Below the pieces are notes generated by a model, which had not been told where the DNA came from, did no database searches, and was given only the letters and a program-made list of their open reading frames with translations. The translations under genes and the position numbers were made by a program. From contig CAXXMD010000003.1 in assembly GCA_963675755.2 (NCBI GenBank), positions 3,424,001 through 3,488,000 on the forward strand: a stretch of DNA of 64,000 nucleotides, given 5' to 3'. Position 1 is the first letter of the stretch; every line of letters starts with the position of its first letter. Of this stretch, positions 1 through 9,940 are shown one piece after another. The DNA comes from a bacterium (GTDB taxonomy: Bacteria > Zhuqueibacterota > Zhuqueibacteria > Residuimicrobiales > Krinioviventaceae).

Positions 1-1348
1 CAGAAAATACGCCAAGACCGCTGCCCATAGTAGTTTGGTCATCTATCAGTGTCGGTGGATTGGTAGTGCCATAGCAGACGCCTCGTCGCTGTGGGGGGAC
101 TCCATTGTGTTCATAGACATTTCCGCCAAGCTCGGCTGTGGTGGCGGTAATGCTTTCCGCGTCGTATGATGATATGCAGAATGCATTAATAGCATATGTA
201 CTGCCTTTTTTTATACCCACAATACCGTCGTTACTTCCAATCAACAGATCAACGTTCCCATCTCCGTTCAAGTCGGTTTGGGACAGAACAGATTTGTCGC
301 CTACATCAATGTCATTCCAATCTGTGGTTTCACTGTTAAAGGTATATGAACCTACACCTGACTGTTGATAAAGTTGGACCTTGCCGTCTTGATTGCCTAT
401 GAAAAATTCAAGTCTGCCATCGGAATCATAATAGCAAAACATGGGTGACGGCAGCCCGCCAATGTCAATGGAATTAAAGTTGTCGCTAATCAGGGTAAAG
501 GATGTTGAAGTTCCATTGACCTGTTCATAATGGTATATAGCGCCGCCCAGGTTGCCCACCAGCAGATCAAGTCGGCCATCCAGATCGAGATCGGTAAAAG
601 TAGGTTTAGAGTAACCGCCCACATCAATACCGCTCAAGGCGCCGACAAGGGTAAACGACGCGGAGCGGTCGCTGTCTTGTTCAAAATGACGCAGGGTACC
701 GTCGTCGCGGCCAATGATCAGGTCCAGCAGACCGTCATCATCCAGATCAACTATTGTGGGGAAATTACAGGTGCCTACATCGATACTGTTAAAGTATGAT
801 GTGACGAGATTTAACGAAAACGAGTTGACAGCCGTTTGTTCATAGCGCGTCAATCTGCCGTCTTTGTTGCCCACCAGCATATCCATCAGGCCGTCGCCGT
901 CAATGTCGGTCATGGTTGGGGCGGCGTTTTCACCCACATTGATGTTTGTCATATCTGATGTTTTAAAACTCCATTTATAACCATAGCTGCCCGTGCCGGC
1001 GCGGTTGGTGGCGCTCACCCGCCAATAATAGGTTGTGCCGGTGGCGGGCAGATCTGCAGTCCAGCATGTATCTGTAATTCCGGTGTATTCTCCCACAATA
1101 GAATTAAACTCCCAATCGGAGGCAATCTGAACATTAAAGGAAAAAGTATGGTCCATATCTTGCCAATACAACCGGGCCCGGCAGGAGAGTAGTACATCAT
1201 TTGGGTATTCAGGACTCGCCAGGTCCGGTGCACTTGGTGGTATAGATGTCAGGGGAAATGTTCCGGATATGGTCCTTTCCGATTGTGCGAGTCCCGTGTT
1301 GGCATAAGGTAAAACACATACTACCAAAAGAAAAAATATTTTTTTCAT
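1..1348 (-). CDS. Secreted FN3 + FG-GAP/VCBS-repeat protein (runs off the left edge; missing from the ORF track)
   Basis: Manual translation from ATG at 1348 (GAGG RBS upstream): MKKIFFLLVVCVLPYANTGLAQ signal peptide, FN3-like TTYYWRVSATNRAGTG, FG-GAP motif PTMTDIDGDGLMDMLVGNKDG and further similar repeats, then ITATTAELGGNV...RGVCYGTTTNP near the edge. Confidence 0.85.
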   Translation of the reverse strand, partial: MKKIFFLLVVCVLPYANTGLAQSERTISGTFPLTSIPPSAPDLASPEYPNDVLLSCRARLYWQDMDHTFSFNVQIASDWEFNSIVGEYTGITDTCWTADLPATGTTYYWRVSATNRAGTGSYGYKWSFKTSDMTNINVGENAAPTMTDIDGDGLMDMLVGNKDGRLTRYEQTAVNSFSLNLVTSYFNSIDVGTCNFPTIVDLDDDGLLDLIIGRDDGTLRHFEQDSDRSASFTLVGALSGIDVGGYSKPTFTDLDLDGRLDLLVGNLGGAIYHYEQVNGTSTSFTLISDNFNSIDIGGLPSPMFCYYDSDGRLEFFIGNQDGKVQLYQQSGVGSYTFNSETTDWNDIDVGDKSVLSQTDLNGDGNVDLLIGSNDGIVGIKKGSTYAINAFCISSYDAESITATTAELGGNVYEHNGVPPQRRGVCYGTTNPPTLIDDQTTMGSGLGVFS

Positions 1349-1400
1349 GTGTACCTCAATTAATTTATTATTTAATAAAAATTTGATTTTATAACATTGG

Positions 1401-2378
1401 TTAATCTTTGACCAAACGGATATAACCTCCCAATATTGATTCATTATAATATCTACTTATACCATCGTCTATACTAATCATTCGATTAAAACAATAACTC
1501 GAATTTGTCATCTCCGGGTGATAACTAGATATAAAAATAATTTGTCCATTCAGGCTTTGATAATTACCATTAGTGTACCTAAAGCCACCTGGTATAGCAG
1601 AAAACCCTGTTAAATTATTGCCATTACCCGGGCTCCAGCCTGTTATTGACTTTAATTTTGTGCCTTGGTCAGTACCACGAAGTCCAAATCCGTCTGCTTG
1701 AGTTTGTGTCATGCCCAAAAATATTTCCAGCTCTTTCCACTCATCATCTGTTGGTAGATGCCAACCATCGGGTGCAATCATACCGTTGTTTGCAGCGTGT
1801 CCATTATAAATATATCCATAAGTATCTGCATTTGATTCGTCATTATTATAAACACAACGCGCGGCTGTTTTAAAATCATAGCAATGTATCCATTCATAGT
1901 TATCAGTTATTACCTTTATTTCTGATCCATTGTTATATTTTGTCTCTTTTAAATTCTCAGCCATCCACCACTGGTTTCCAATTTTGACGGTTTTGTACAC
2001 CGTGCCGTCATTACCGGTCATGGTGCTGAAAAAAGAAGATAGCACACACACTTTGAACTGGCTGCCGCTGGTATTGGGGTTGTCAGCGTAAAAATCCCAT
2101 ACGATGTGATAGTCGGTTCCTGCGGTTATGTACTCACCAACATCGCCGGTGAGGCTGGTGCATTTCAAGTCCCAGGTTGCTCCGTTGTCGTCAGAGCCTT
2201 CGATTCCCAATATTTTTATATCATAACCTTCAGGATTGTTTAAATCGTACCAGATATCTACCATGAAATTGCCGTCTGTGCGTTGTGCCACACGTATGTT
2301 GGAAACCTGGGCGAACAGGCAGCAGGTCAGTGAAATCAATAATAAAGTTGTGAATAGTAATCTCATTGTTCTCCTCAT
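1401..2378 (-). CDS. FISUMP (Fibrobacter succinogenes major paralogous domain) secreted protein
   Basis: Signal peptide; YKTVKIGNQWWMAENLK, YGYIYN, APDGWHLPTDDEW, GFSAIPGG and terminal IRLVKD motifs. Confidence 0.9.
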   Translation of the reverse strand: MRRTMRLLFTTLLLISLTCCLFAQVSNIRVAQRTDGNFMVDIWYDLNNPEGYDIKILGIEGSDDNGATWDLKCTSLTGDVGEYITAGTDYHIVWDFYADNPNTSGSQFKVCVLSSFFSTMTGNDGTVYKTVKIGNQWWMAENLKETKYNNGSEIKVITDNYEWIHCYDFKTAARCVYNNDESNADTYGYIYNGHAANNGMIAPDGWHLPTDDEWKELEIFLGMTQTQADGFGLRGTDQGTKLKSITGWSPGNGNNLTGFSAIPGGFRYTNGNYQSLNGQIIFISSYHPEMTNSSYCFNRMISIDDGISRYYNESILGGYIRLVKD

Positions 2379-2595
2379 TCGTTATTTTAAAAACCAATGA
2401 TTAATTCTAAATACCCGGGCATTGCTATTCCATACCTTTTGAAAGAAATGCTTGTTACAGTCTCTGCCGCTACATATTGTTATTCCCTCAAAAAGGACAG
2501 GCATTGCTTTAGTATTCAGAACCTATTAAAATGATAATATTTGAAAAGTATTAGATTAAAGATAAGTTATTCTGCAATACAGTACCAAGCACACA

Positions 2596-2623
2596 TGTCG
2601 CAAAAAGCAGAACATTTGTCGCA
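2596..2623 (-). promoter_or_regulatory. Putative AraC-type operator: TGTCGCA direct repeat with 21-bp period
   Basis: TGTCGCA at 2596-2602 and 2617-2623, just upstream of a weak minus-strand -35/-10 (TGGTAC-17-TATCTT, 2587-2559) facing the FISUMP gene and next to the AraC-hybrid kinase gene. Confidence 0.45.
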
Positions 2624-2642
2624 TTTGGTGTTTTAAAACGTG

Positions 2643-5453
2643 TTATTTGGAAGTGTATTGCGAAGGAGATTTGCCAAACCGTTTTTTAAAGCAGCGTCTG
2701 AAATAGTCGGGGCTGCCGAATCCGGTTTGATAGGCAATTTCTGATATGGTTGCGGTTTTACTTTCCAGTATTTCAATAGCATGTTTTAGCCGGATTGATC
2801 GGATAAAATCAACTACGGTTTGATTGGTGAGAGCGTGTATCTTGCGGTGCAATTGTGAGCGAGACAAGGCCATCTTGCTGCTTAACCAGTCTACACTCAG
2901 ATCGGGATTGGTCAGGTGCATTTCAATCATATCTACTGCACGTTTTAAAAAAATCTCATCAGCGGGCATGACCGCAATATCTTCAATGGGGATTGTGATT
3001 TGTTTGTTGAAACGCTGGCGCAGTTTACGTCGCTGTTCGATTAGATTTTTGATCCGTACTTTGAGTTCGTCCGGTTCAAATGGTTTGGTAAGATAGTCGT
3101 CAGCACCCAAGGTTAGGCCTTCAATTTTACTGGCGCTGTCAGACCGGGCGGTAAGCAGCACAACTGGTATATGGCTGGTGCGTTCGTCTGTTTTCAGCTT
3201 TTCACAGAATTGGTATCCGTCCATATTGGGCATCATCACGTCGCTGATTACCAGGTCCGGTATACAATTGATTGCCTGTTCCAGACCATCTTTACCATCG
3301 GTGGCTTCTAAAATTTCATATTCATCTTCAATGATCTCGTGAATATAAGCGCGCAGATCTGAATGGTCTTCGGTAATGAGAATGATGGGGGCATCTTTTT
3401 TCTTTGAATGCCGAACAGGTACAGGTTTGACATCCTCATCAGAAATGTCTACAGTTGGTAATTTTAAAGTTTTTGAGTCCGGAGAGGGGACAGATGCAAA
3501 ATCTTGGTTTGAGAAATGGTCTTTTCCCAAAGGCAGGTGTACCGTAAAAGTACTACCCTTGTCAATCTCGCTTGATACTGTGATTTTACCATGATGCAGG
3601 TGTACCAGCTCGCGGGCCAGCGCCAGCCCAATGCCGCTGCCTTGCTGGTTTTGCGGGTATCCGTTTTCAACCTGGTAGAACCTATCGAAAATATGTTCAA
3701 GATGTTCATTGGGAATTCCAGGCCCGGTGTCTGATATGCTGATTTCCAGAGAATCGTTTTGGGAAACAGATACTTTAATCTCTCCACCTGAGGTTGTGAA
3801 TTTGACCGCATTTGATAATAAATTGTTCAGTACTTTGTCCATTTTATCCCTGTCAATCCAGATATAGGCTGCATTCAAACCGGTTTCATATATCAAACTG
3901 ATTTGATGGTGAACAACATGAGATTCGAATGTTTGGCATACCCCTTTAATAAGTGGCCATATATCTGTTTTTTCAACTTTTAATTCCATACGTCCTGATT
4001 CGATGCGGGACAGGTCAAGCAACTCGTTTACCAGATTTAAGAGCCGGTGTCCGTTTTTAATTTGTAATCGGGACCTTTTTCGTATACTTTTATCTTGCGA
4101 TTCATCCAGAATTTGCTGCGCTGTACCCAGAATTAAGGTGAGGGGGGTGCGGAATTCATGGGAAATGTTGGCAAAAAATCGGGATTTCATTCGGTCAATT
4201 TCTTTAAACTTTTCAGATTCAATGACTTTTTTCTGTGCTATCTCTTTTTGTCTATTGTTTTCAATATATCGATCAATGATAATAAAGGTCAAAAAGACGA
4301 CAAAGCCGAGAGTACCGAAATGAAGCAAGCTGACATTTGATGATATATGTATCACAAAATGCAGCAAAAGTTCAAGACCACCAAATAAATAAAAAATAAT
4401 CAACCCTATAAAAAGCAACTTAATCTCGCGCTTACCTTTGGGTGAACTCTTGATCACCAGAATAAAACTGGTTGTGGTGCTTGTTGAAGTCAATACGAAA
4501 AATAACTGATAAAACAGATCCGTAAAACGGTTCTTGAAAATTATCATTGACAAAATTGATAGTATAAAAAATAGCAGGTGGCCCTGCCAAAAACGCCTGA
4601 CGAAAGGTTTGAACTTTTTAGTGATAATCTGTTCCGTGAGATACAGTCCGCCAATGGGGGAGACCATTAATGAGTAAAAATCCAGTAGAAAAAAAAGCCG
4701 CGGTGAATAGATCATTGTTTGGAGAAAGTAAGAATTGCTTCCTGCAAATACACCAATTGAAATTAAAAAAGTAGCAATTCCAATCAATAGATTGTTTCTC
4801 TGCACAAGTAAATAAATAAATAATAGTACAAAACCAAGAATAATAAAAAGCGGGGCAAAGATGATTTCATCTATATCTTTGATAAATAGTTTTTTTAATA
4901 TAATGTCTGCCGGGGCAACCCAGATGGGTTGATTAAGACCTATAGTAGATTTATCAGACCAGATTCGAAAATAAAGAATGCCATTGGAATAATCATCGGG
5001 AAGACGTACCAGCATCATGTGCCAGCCAACAAACAGATCTTTGTTTCTTGTGAAATCACCAAATTGATAGATTTGCTGATCATTCAGGTAAATTTGTACG
5101 ATTTGGCGTACACTGGGAAAGAACAACGCAGGATTTGACACTTTTGTATCCGGAAGCTGTACACGTAACCATAAACTGCTATATCCTGTATTGGGGATGT
5201 CGTCAAATTTTTCTACGGATGTCCAGACTTTGGAATCAATACTATCATCCAGCCAGATCAAATGTCCATTTGCATCTTTAGGAGAATCCCCTGTACGATA
5301 CTGCCAACCGTTCTCAATATTGAATATCTCGGTTGACGCATTGGTATCATAGTTTATGATATTCTTTTCTTTGCTGAAACAAAGCGTTGAATATAATAAT
5401 AGTAGAGCAAACAAAATATATGTATAGACCAACGGTCGATTAGTCAGAATCAC
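2643..5453 (-). CDS. Hybrid two-component sensor: periplasmic domain + multi-TM + HisKA/HATPase + receiver + AraC HTH
   Basis: H-box FANISHEFRTPL, NLLSNAVKFT, DTGPGI, GSGIGL; receiver ISDVMMP; C-terminal AraC SEIAYQTGFGSPDYFRRCFKK. Confidence 0.95.
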   Translation of the reverse strand: MILTNRPLVYTYILFALLLLYSTLCFSKEKNIINYDTNASTEIFNIENGWQYRTGDSPKDANGHLIWLDDSIDSKVWTSVEKFDDIPNTGYSSLWLRVQLPDTKVSNPALFFPSVRQIVQIYLNDQQIYQFGDFTRNKDLFVGWHMMLVRLPDDYSNGILYFRIWSDKSTIGLNQPIWVAPADIILKKLFIKDIDEIIFAPLFIILGFVLLFIYLLVQRNNLLIGIATFLISIGVFAGSNSYFLQTMIYSPRLFFLLDFYSLMVSPIGGLYLTEQIITKKFKPFVRRFWQGHLLFFILSILSMIIFKNRFTDLFYQLFFVLTSTSTTTSFILVIKSSPKGKREIKLLFIGLIIFYLFGGLELLLHFVIHISSNVSLLHFGTLGFVVFLTFIIIDRYIENNRQKEIAQKKVIESEKFKEIDRMKSRFFANISHEFRTPLTLILGTAQQILDESQDKSIRKRSRLQIKNGHRLLNLVNELLDLSRIESGRMELKVEKTDIWPLIKGVCQTFESHVVHHQISLIYETGLNAAYIWIDRDKMDKVLNNLLSNAVKFTTSGGEIKVSVSQNDSLEISISDTGPGIPNEHLEHIFDRFYQVENGYPQNQQGSGIGLALARELVHLHHGKITVSSEIDKGSTFTVHLPLGKDHFSNQDFASVPSPDSKTLKLPTVDISDEDVKPVPVRHSKKKDAPIILITEDHSDLRAYIHEIIEDEYEILEATDGKDGLEQAINCIPDLVISDVMMPNMDGYQFCEKLKTDERTSHIPVVLLTARSDSASKIEGLTLGADDYLTKPFEPDELKVRIKNLIEQRRKLRQRFNKQITIPIEDIAVMPADEIFLKRAVDMIEMHLTNPDLSVDWLSSKMALSRSQLHRKIHALTNQTVVDFIRSIRLKHAIEILESKTATISEIAYQTGFGSPDYFRRCFKKRFGKSPSQYTSK

Positions 5454-5549
5454 TTTGTTCCTCAGACGATTACAAATGGAAGGATATTTTGTTTATATAA
5501 AATATAATAATTATTATAAAAAACATTATTTTTTTTAAGAATTGTTTGT

Positions 5550-5587
5550 AAAAAAACGCTGACAAGTGCCTTTGCTTTGCCAGCGTT
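5550..5587 (-). terminator. Intrinsic terminator of the 5642-6868 gene
   Basis: AACGCTG...CAGCGTT stem next to an A-run (U-tract on the minus strand). Confidence 0.6.
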
Positions 5588-5641
5588 AAAATATTATAAA
5601 TGACAGGCTACAAATACCTGTCTGTGAATATTGGATTCGAA

Positions 5642-6868
5642 TTATTTTATAAACAATACCTTTTGTACCTGAGAGGTATTTCCAGTCTGCATGCGTACCA
5701 GATAGGTACCACTTGGAGCGGCTATACCGGCATCTGTCGTGCCGTCCCATTGGATTGAATATTGTCCGGCGGATTGGTGTTGATTACTCAGTAATTTGAT
5801 CTGTCGACCCAAAACATCATAAACCGTTAATGTTACATGGCTGTCTTTAGCCAGATTATAGTTCAACATTGTTGAAGGATTGAACGGATTGGGGTACGCC
5901 GCGAGCAGCTGTGTGGTTGAGGGGATAGCTGCTACAACAGATGTTGTACCGATCTCTGATTTTTCTCCATTGATATTCACTTCTGACAGACGGTAATCGT
6001 AATCTGCTCCTGCAGATATAGTGTTGTCTATAAAAGCGTATTGAGATGGGGAAGAGGTGGTGCCTTTTCCTGCCAATTCCGAATGGGTCTGGTAGGATGC
6101 AAGCTGCTGCCATGTGCCATCGTTCGCTTTACGATCGATGATGAAGCCAAGATTGTCTTTTTCGCTGGCAGTAGTCCAATTTAGGTCAACGGAATTACCA
6201 TTACTTGAAGCGGTAAAAGCATCAAGTTTAACCGGCAATGAGGATTCTGTGCCTGAAACTCGGATATAATCAATTGCCAATTCCTCTGATCCTCCGTTGT
6301 ACATCCAGATTCGGATCTGAAGGCTGGAACCTGATCCGGGAATACTATATGTGAATTCCTGCATGGCTGGATTAATGTCAGAACCATCAACAGTTCCATC
6401 GGCATTGGCATCTTCAGTGTAATAGTTCCCATTGCCAAGGAACTGGGCCAAAGTTGTAAAGCCGCCACTATCAAATTGATATTGAATTTTGAGAAATTCT
6501 TCACCCTCTTTGTCATAACCACTTCCACATCCAGCTAATAGTAATTTGATTTGAAAAGATTCATAGCCGCTTACATTAATTGCATCACAAGTAACATAAT
6601 GTTTTGTTGTGCCGGTATCATAATCCAGATCTTCACCTGTAAAAAAGTATGAACCCTGACAGCCTGTAAAAGCTTCAGATGCATAAATTACAGGGGTTGT
6701 ACCATTGGTACGTATCCAATAGTCGGGATCGCTTGTGTTTGCATTTGTTTCTGTAGGAGAAACCGTGTAACCAGCCCCATTGGTTTCAAAATCTACGGTT
6801 TGCAGAATTGTTTGAGACAAAAGAAAATAGGGTGTGATAAAAAGTAGTATTATTAACAATTTATTCAT
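5642..6868 (-). CDS. Secreted protein with T9SS type A/FlgD-Ig-like C-terminal domain (array gene 1)
   Basis: Signal peptide; SLPVKL-F-A module, then AAYPNPFNPST...WDG...SGTYLVRM...QKVLFIK. Confidence 0.9.
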   Translation of the reverse strand: MNKLLIILLFITPYFLLSQTILQTVDFETNGAGYTVSPTETNANTSDPDYWIRTNGTTPVIYASEAFTGCQGSYFFTGEDLDYDTGTTKHYVTCDAINVSGYESFQIKLLLAGCGSGYDKEGEEFLKIQYQFDSGGFTTLAQFLGNGNYYTEDANADGTVDGSDINPAMQEFTYSIPGSGSSLQIRIWMYNGGSEELAIDYIRVSGTESSLPVKLDAFTASSNGNSVDLNWTTASEKDNLGFIIDRKANDGTWQQLASYQTHSELAGKGTTSSPSQYAFIDNTISAGADYDYRLSEVNINGEKSEIGTTSVVAAIPSTTQLLAAYPNPFNPSTMLNYNLAKDSHVTLTVYDVLGRQIKLLSNQHQSAGQYSIQWDGTTDAGIAAPSGTYLVRMQTGNTSQVQKVLFIK

Positions 6869-7015
6869 TTGTTACCCTCCTTTATTGAATAATCGTCAAT
6901 ATATAAATATTTGAATCACATTGATTCTATTTCAAAATAGCAATTTTTATTCCATATTCGTATTTTTTTCTAATATTTTGTTTTTTTGAAAAATATTTTA
7001 AATTTTATTCTCAAT

Positions 7016-7048
7016 AAAAAAGCCCTTTCGGAATATATCCAAAAGGGC
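7016..7048 (-). terminator. Terminator (groEL-terminator-like copy), separated from its gene by the IS
   Basis: AAAAAAGCCCTTTCGGA...TCCAAAAGGGC hairpin. Confidence 0.75.
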
Positions 7049-7078
7049 CAGGCTTTGTACAAATACCAGTAAATTATT

Positions 7079-8055
7079 TGTGATTTATCTTAGAGTTGTT
7101 TACAGTTTTCTATTGAATTGAATCCGTTCCTTTTAAAAGAGATAGGATTCAATTCAATAGAAGTGATTTAAAATGTTGTTTGCAATTTCGGGATTTCCTA
7201 TTTTTTATTAATAATACAGGAGATCCTATGGTTATTCACAAGCGAACTCGATTAACACCAATTCAAAGAGAAGAGATCTGTAAAGCCTATTTTGATGAAA
7301 GAAAAAGAGTATGTAACTTAGCAAGAGAATATCATGTAAGTCGACCTACAATTTATAAAATCATTCATCGTGGCAGACAAAAAGATTTCTCAGTTCACAA
7401 AAGTATAAACAAACGGTATCGTTGTTTAAAATATGGTATTAAACGACTGGCTAAAATTGAGAAAAAACTTGAAGAAAAACTGAAACGCCAGGCAAAACGA
7501 TACAATAAGGACTATCCAGGGCAAATGATACACGGTGACACCAAAAAACTGCCATTAATCAAAGGAGAATCACCTTTTGAGCGTACTGAATACCTTTTTG
7601 TTGCTATTGATGATTTTTCCAGAGAGCTATTTGCCGCTATTTTACCTGATAAAACTCAACATTCCGCTAAAAAGTTTCTGGAACAAGTCATAGAGGAGTG
7701 TCCTTATACCATTGAACAATACTATACGGACAACGGTCGAGAGTATCGTGGCGATCCGAATATCCATGAATTCATGAAATTGTGCAAAGAACAATGTATA
7801 GAACAAAAATTTACCAAAGTCAAAAGACCTCAAACAAATGGAAAAGCTGAAAGAGTCATTCGGACTTTGATTGAACTATGGCATAATAAAACTGTTTTTA
7901 ATTCTTCAGCTCATCGTAAAACAGAACTGAAAAGATTTATTCATTATTATAACGGAGTAAAACCTCATAAAGGCATTGAGGGTCTTACTCCTGAAGAAAA
8001 ACTAATTCAATATTTTTATCCCGATACTTTGTAAACAACGCTTGCAATTCTAACA
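7079..8055 (+). mobile_element. IS481-family insertion sequence, apparently complete (977 bp)
   Basis: Imperfect 26-bp terminal IRs TGT-N13-GTTGTTTACA (7079-7104) and TGTAAACAAC-N13-ACA (8030-8055); 7-bp direct repeat AATTATT at 7072-7078 and 8056-8062; single DDE transposase. Confidence 0.9.
7228..8034 (+). CDS. IS481-family DDE transposase (rve integrase core)
   Basis: ATG at 7228 after GGAG RBS (the ORF track starts at 7180); N-terminal HTH, HGDTKKL, IDDFSR, TDNGREY, PQTNGKAER, YNGVKPH. Confidence 0.93.
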   Translation: MVIHKRTRLTPIQREEICKAYFDERKRVCNLAREYHVSRPTIYKIIHRGRQKDFSVHKSINKRYRCLKYGIKRLAKIEKKLEEKLKRQAKRYNKDYPGQMIHGDTKKLPLIKGESPFERTEYLFVAIDDFSRELFAAILPDKTQHSAKKFLEQVIEECPYTIEQYYTDNGREYRGDPNIHEFMKLCKEQCIEQKFTKVKRPQTNGKAERVIRTLIELWHNKTVFNSSAHRKTELKRFIHYYNGVKPHKGIEGLTPEEKLIQYFYPDTL

Positions 8056-8057
8056 AA

Positions 8058-9545
8058 TTATTTCATAAACAATACCTTTTGTACCTGAGAGGTATTTCCA
8101 GTCTGCATGCGTACCAGATAGGTACCGCTTGGAGTGGATGTTCCAGCCTCTGTCGAGCCGTCCCATTGGATTGAATATTGTCCGGCGGACTGTTGCTGAT
8201 TGACCAGTGATTTTATTTCTCGTCCGAGTATATCATATACTGCCATAGTCACATGGCTGTCTTTTGCCAGACTATAGTTCAATGTTGTGGATGGATTAAA
8301 GGGATTGGGATACGCGGCGAACAATTGAGTTGTTGATGGTGTGGCTGCTACAACGGATGTAGTGCCAATCTCTGATTTTTCTCCATTAATATTTACTTCT
8401 GACAGACGGTAATCGTAATCTGCTCCTGCAGATATAGTGTTGTCTATAAAATCGTATTGAGATGGGGCAGAGGTAGTGCCTTTTCCCGCTAGTCTGTTGT
8501 CGGATTGGTATGAAGCGACCTGTTTCCAGTCAGTGTTTTCGGATTTACGCTCGATGATGAAACCGAGGTTATCCCTTTCGCTGGCGGTGGTCCAGGTTAG
8601 CTCAACAGTATTACTTTTACCTGTAGCGGAAAAGGAGGTCAGTTCCACGGGCAGGGAGGCATCTGTAGTTACATTGTCGGGATTGTCTGTGCCAGCATCG
8701 GCCAGATAAAGCTCGGAACCGGCACCTTCATTATACTCGCAAACATGAACACGATAGATTGTGCTTTCACTTAGACCACTTACCGAAACGCTGGTACCCG
8801 TTCCGTTGTACACACAATACCAGCCGGATGAACCGATTTGGTTACCAACCCCAAAGGTAACGCTTGCGGAATAGTTGGTATTGTCTACCGGGCTTGCGGT
8901 GCCTGAGGATGCAGCAGCCATAAAGACCGCGCGACTCGCTCCGTCACCATTGGTCCAGCTAATGGTCGTACCGGATGTTGAGGTGCCAGAGAATGATACT
9001 GCTGATGCCTGGGTGGTGGGAGCGGTACTGGAAGCTGCATCCTCATAAGTTAATTCATCAAAGTAAGCTGCCACATCAAGGGGATCACCAATTGCTGTGA
9101 ACAATACATAATCTGCTGCCGGAAAATTCAATGTTTTAATTTCTGCCGTACTTAATGTTACTATTGCATAATCTATTTCTGATCCATCATTATAGGCGCC
9201 AACTCTGTAGGAAGTGCTGCCAAATCCATCAGTGTCATCAAGATAGATTGAAATCAGGTTGAATTTATTGTCATTTGATCTTTTTATTTTAAAAGTGTTT
9301 ACAACGCCATTATCAAAATCTGGAAAAAGAGAGGGGGTGTTGTTGTATCCGTAATCTGTTTCATAGCCGACCCCAAGACCAGTGGATGTTTCAAAGTTAA
9401 ATCCTGAAATATCCATAGTTGAAGACAATCTTGTGTTTCGTGCATACCCAAGGGCATCAAAATTTACGGTTACTTGAACTGCATACAGTACAGAACTCAT
9501 AATAAAGCTTAAAATCAAACATTGTAATTTAATACCATTTTTCAT
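8058..9545 (-). CDS. Secreted protein with FN3-like domain and T9SS/FlgD-Ig C-terminus (array gene 2)
   Basis: Signal peptide; APTTQAS...ISWTNGDG...GLSESTIY FN3-like domain; SLPVELTSF module; YPNPFNP C-terminal domain. Confidence 0.9.
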   Translation of the reverse strand: MKNGIKLQCLILSFIMSSVLYAVQVTVNFDALGYARNTRLSSTMDISGFNFETSTGLGVGYETDYGYNNTPSLFPDFDNGVVNTFKIKRSNDNKFNLISIYLDDTDGFGSTSYRVGAYNDGSEIDYAIVTLSTAEIKTLNFPAADYVLFTAIGDPLDVAAYFDELTYEDAASSTAPTTQASAVSFSGTSTSGTTISWTNGDGASRAVFMAAASSGTASPVDNTNYSASVTFGVGNQIGSSGWYCVYNGTGTSVSVSGLSESTIYRVHVCEYNEGAGSELYLADAGTDNPDNVTTDASLPVELTSFSATGKSNTVELTWTTASERDNLGFIIERKSENTDWKQVASYQSDNRLAGKGTTSAPSQYDFIDNTISAGADYDYRLSEVNINGEKSEIGTTSVVAATPSTTQLFAAYPNPFNPSTTLNYSLAKDSHVTMAVYDILGREIKSLVNQQQSAGQYSIQWDGSTEAGTSTPSGTYLVRMQTGNTSQVQKVLFMK

Positions 9546-9880
9546 AGTCGCTCCAATTTTAGTTAATAGTAGTTATTAAAAAATAGTTAACTATATTAGT
9601 TTGACTACTTTTAATAGTATTTTTTTTATGATATTTTCAGTTGTCTGTTTTTTTTTACCATGTTTATGACTTTTTTAGCAAATAAACCGATATTTGCAAA
9701 TCCGCCAAGCTGAAAAAAGTGCGTACCAATAATATGATGTTGTCGTATATTATTCGTTTTATGCTTTTTTAAAAGATATTAAAAAGGTATTGAAAATTTA
9801 AGGTATGAAAGGGTATTGAATTAATTTACAAAAGTCAATTCTTTTTTAACGTAAAAAGTAATTGTAGAGAGAGATTTACC

Positions 9881-9914
9881 AAAAAGCCCTCCCGGAAGTC
9901 TCCGAAAGGGCTTT
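9881..9914 (-). terminator. Terminator (groEL-terminator-like copy)
   Basis: AAAAAGCCCTCCCGGAAGTCTCCGAAAGGGCTTT. Confidence 0.8.
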
Positions 9915-9940
9915 ACATAAATCGCTATTAAATATAAAAA

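Noticed and set aside
138-1233. Short ORFs 138-368, 530-799 and 1015-1233
   Set aside because: Shadows or alternative frames of the long minus-strand FG-GAP gene starting at 1348
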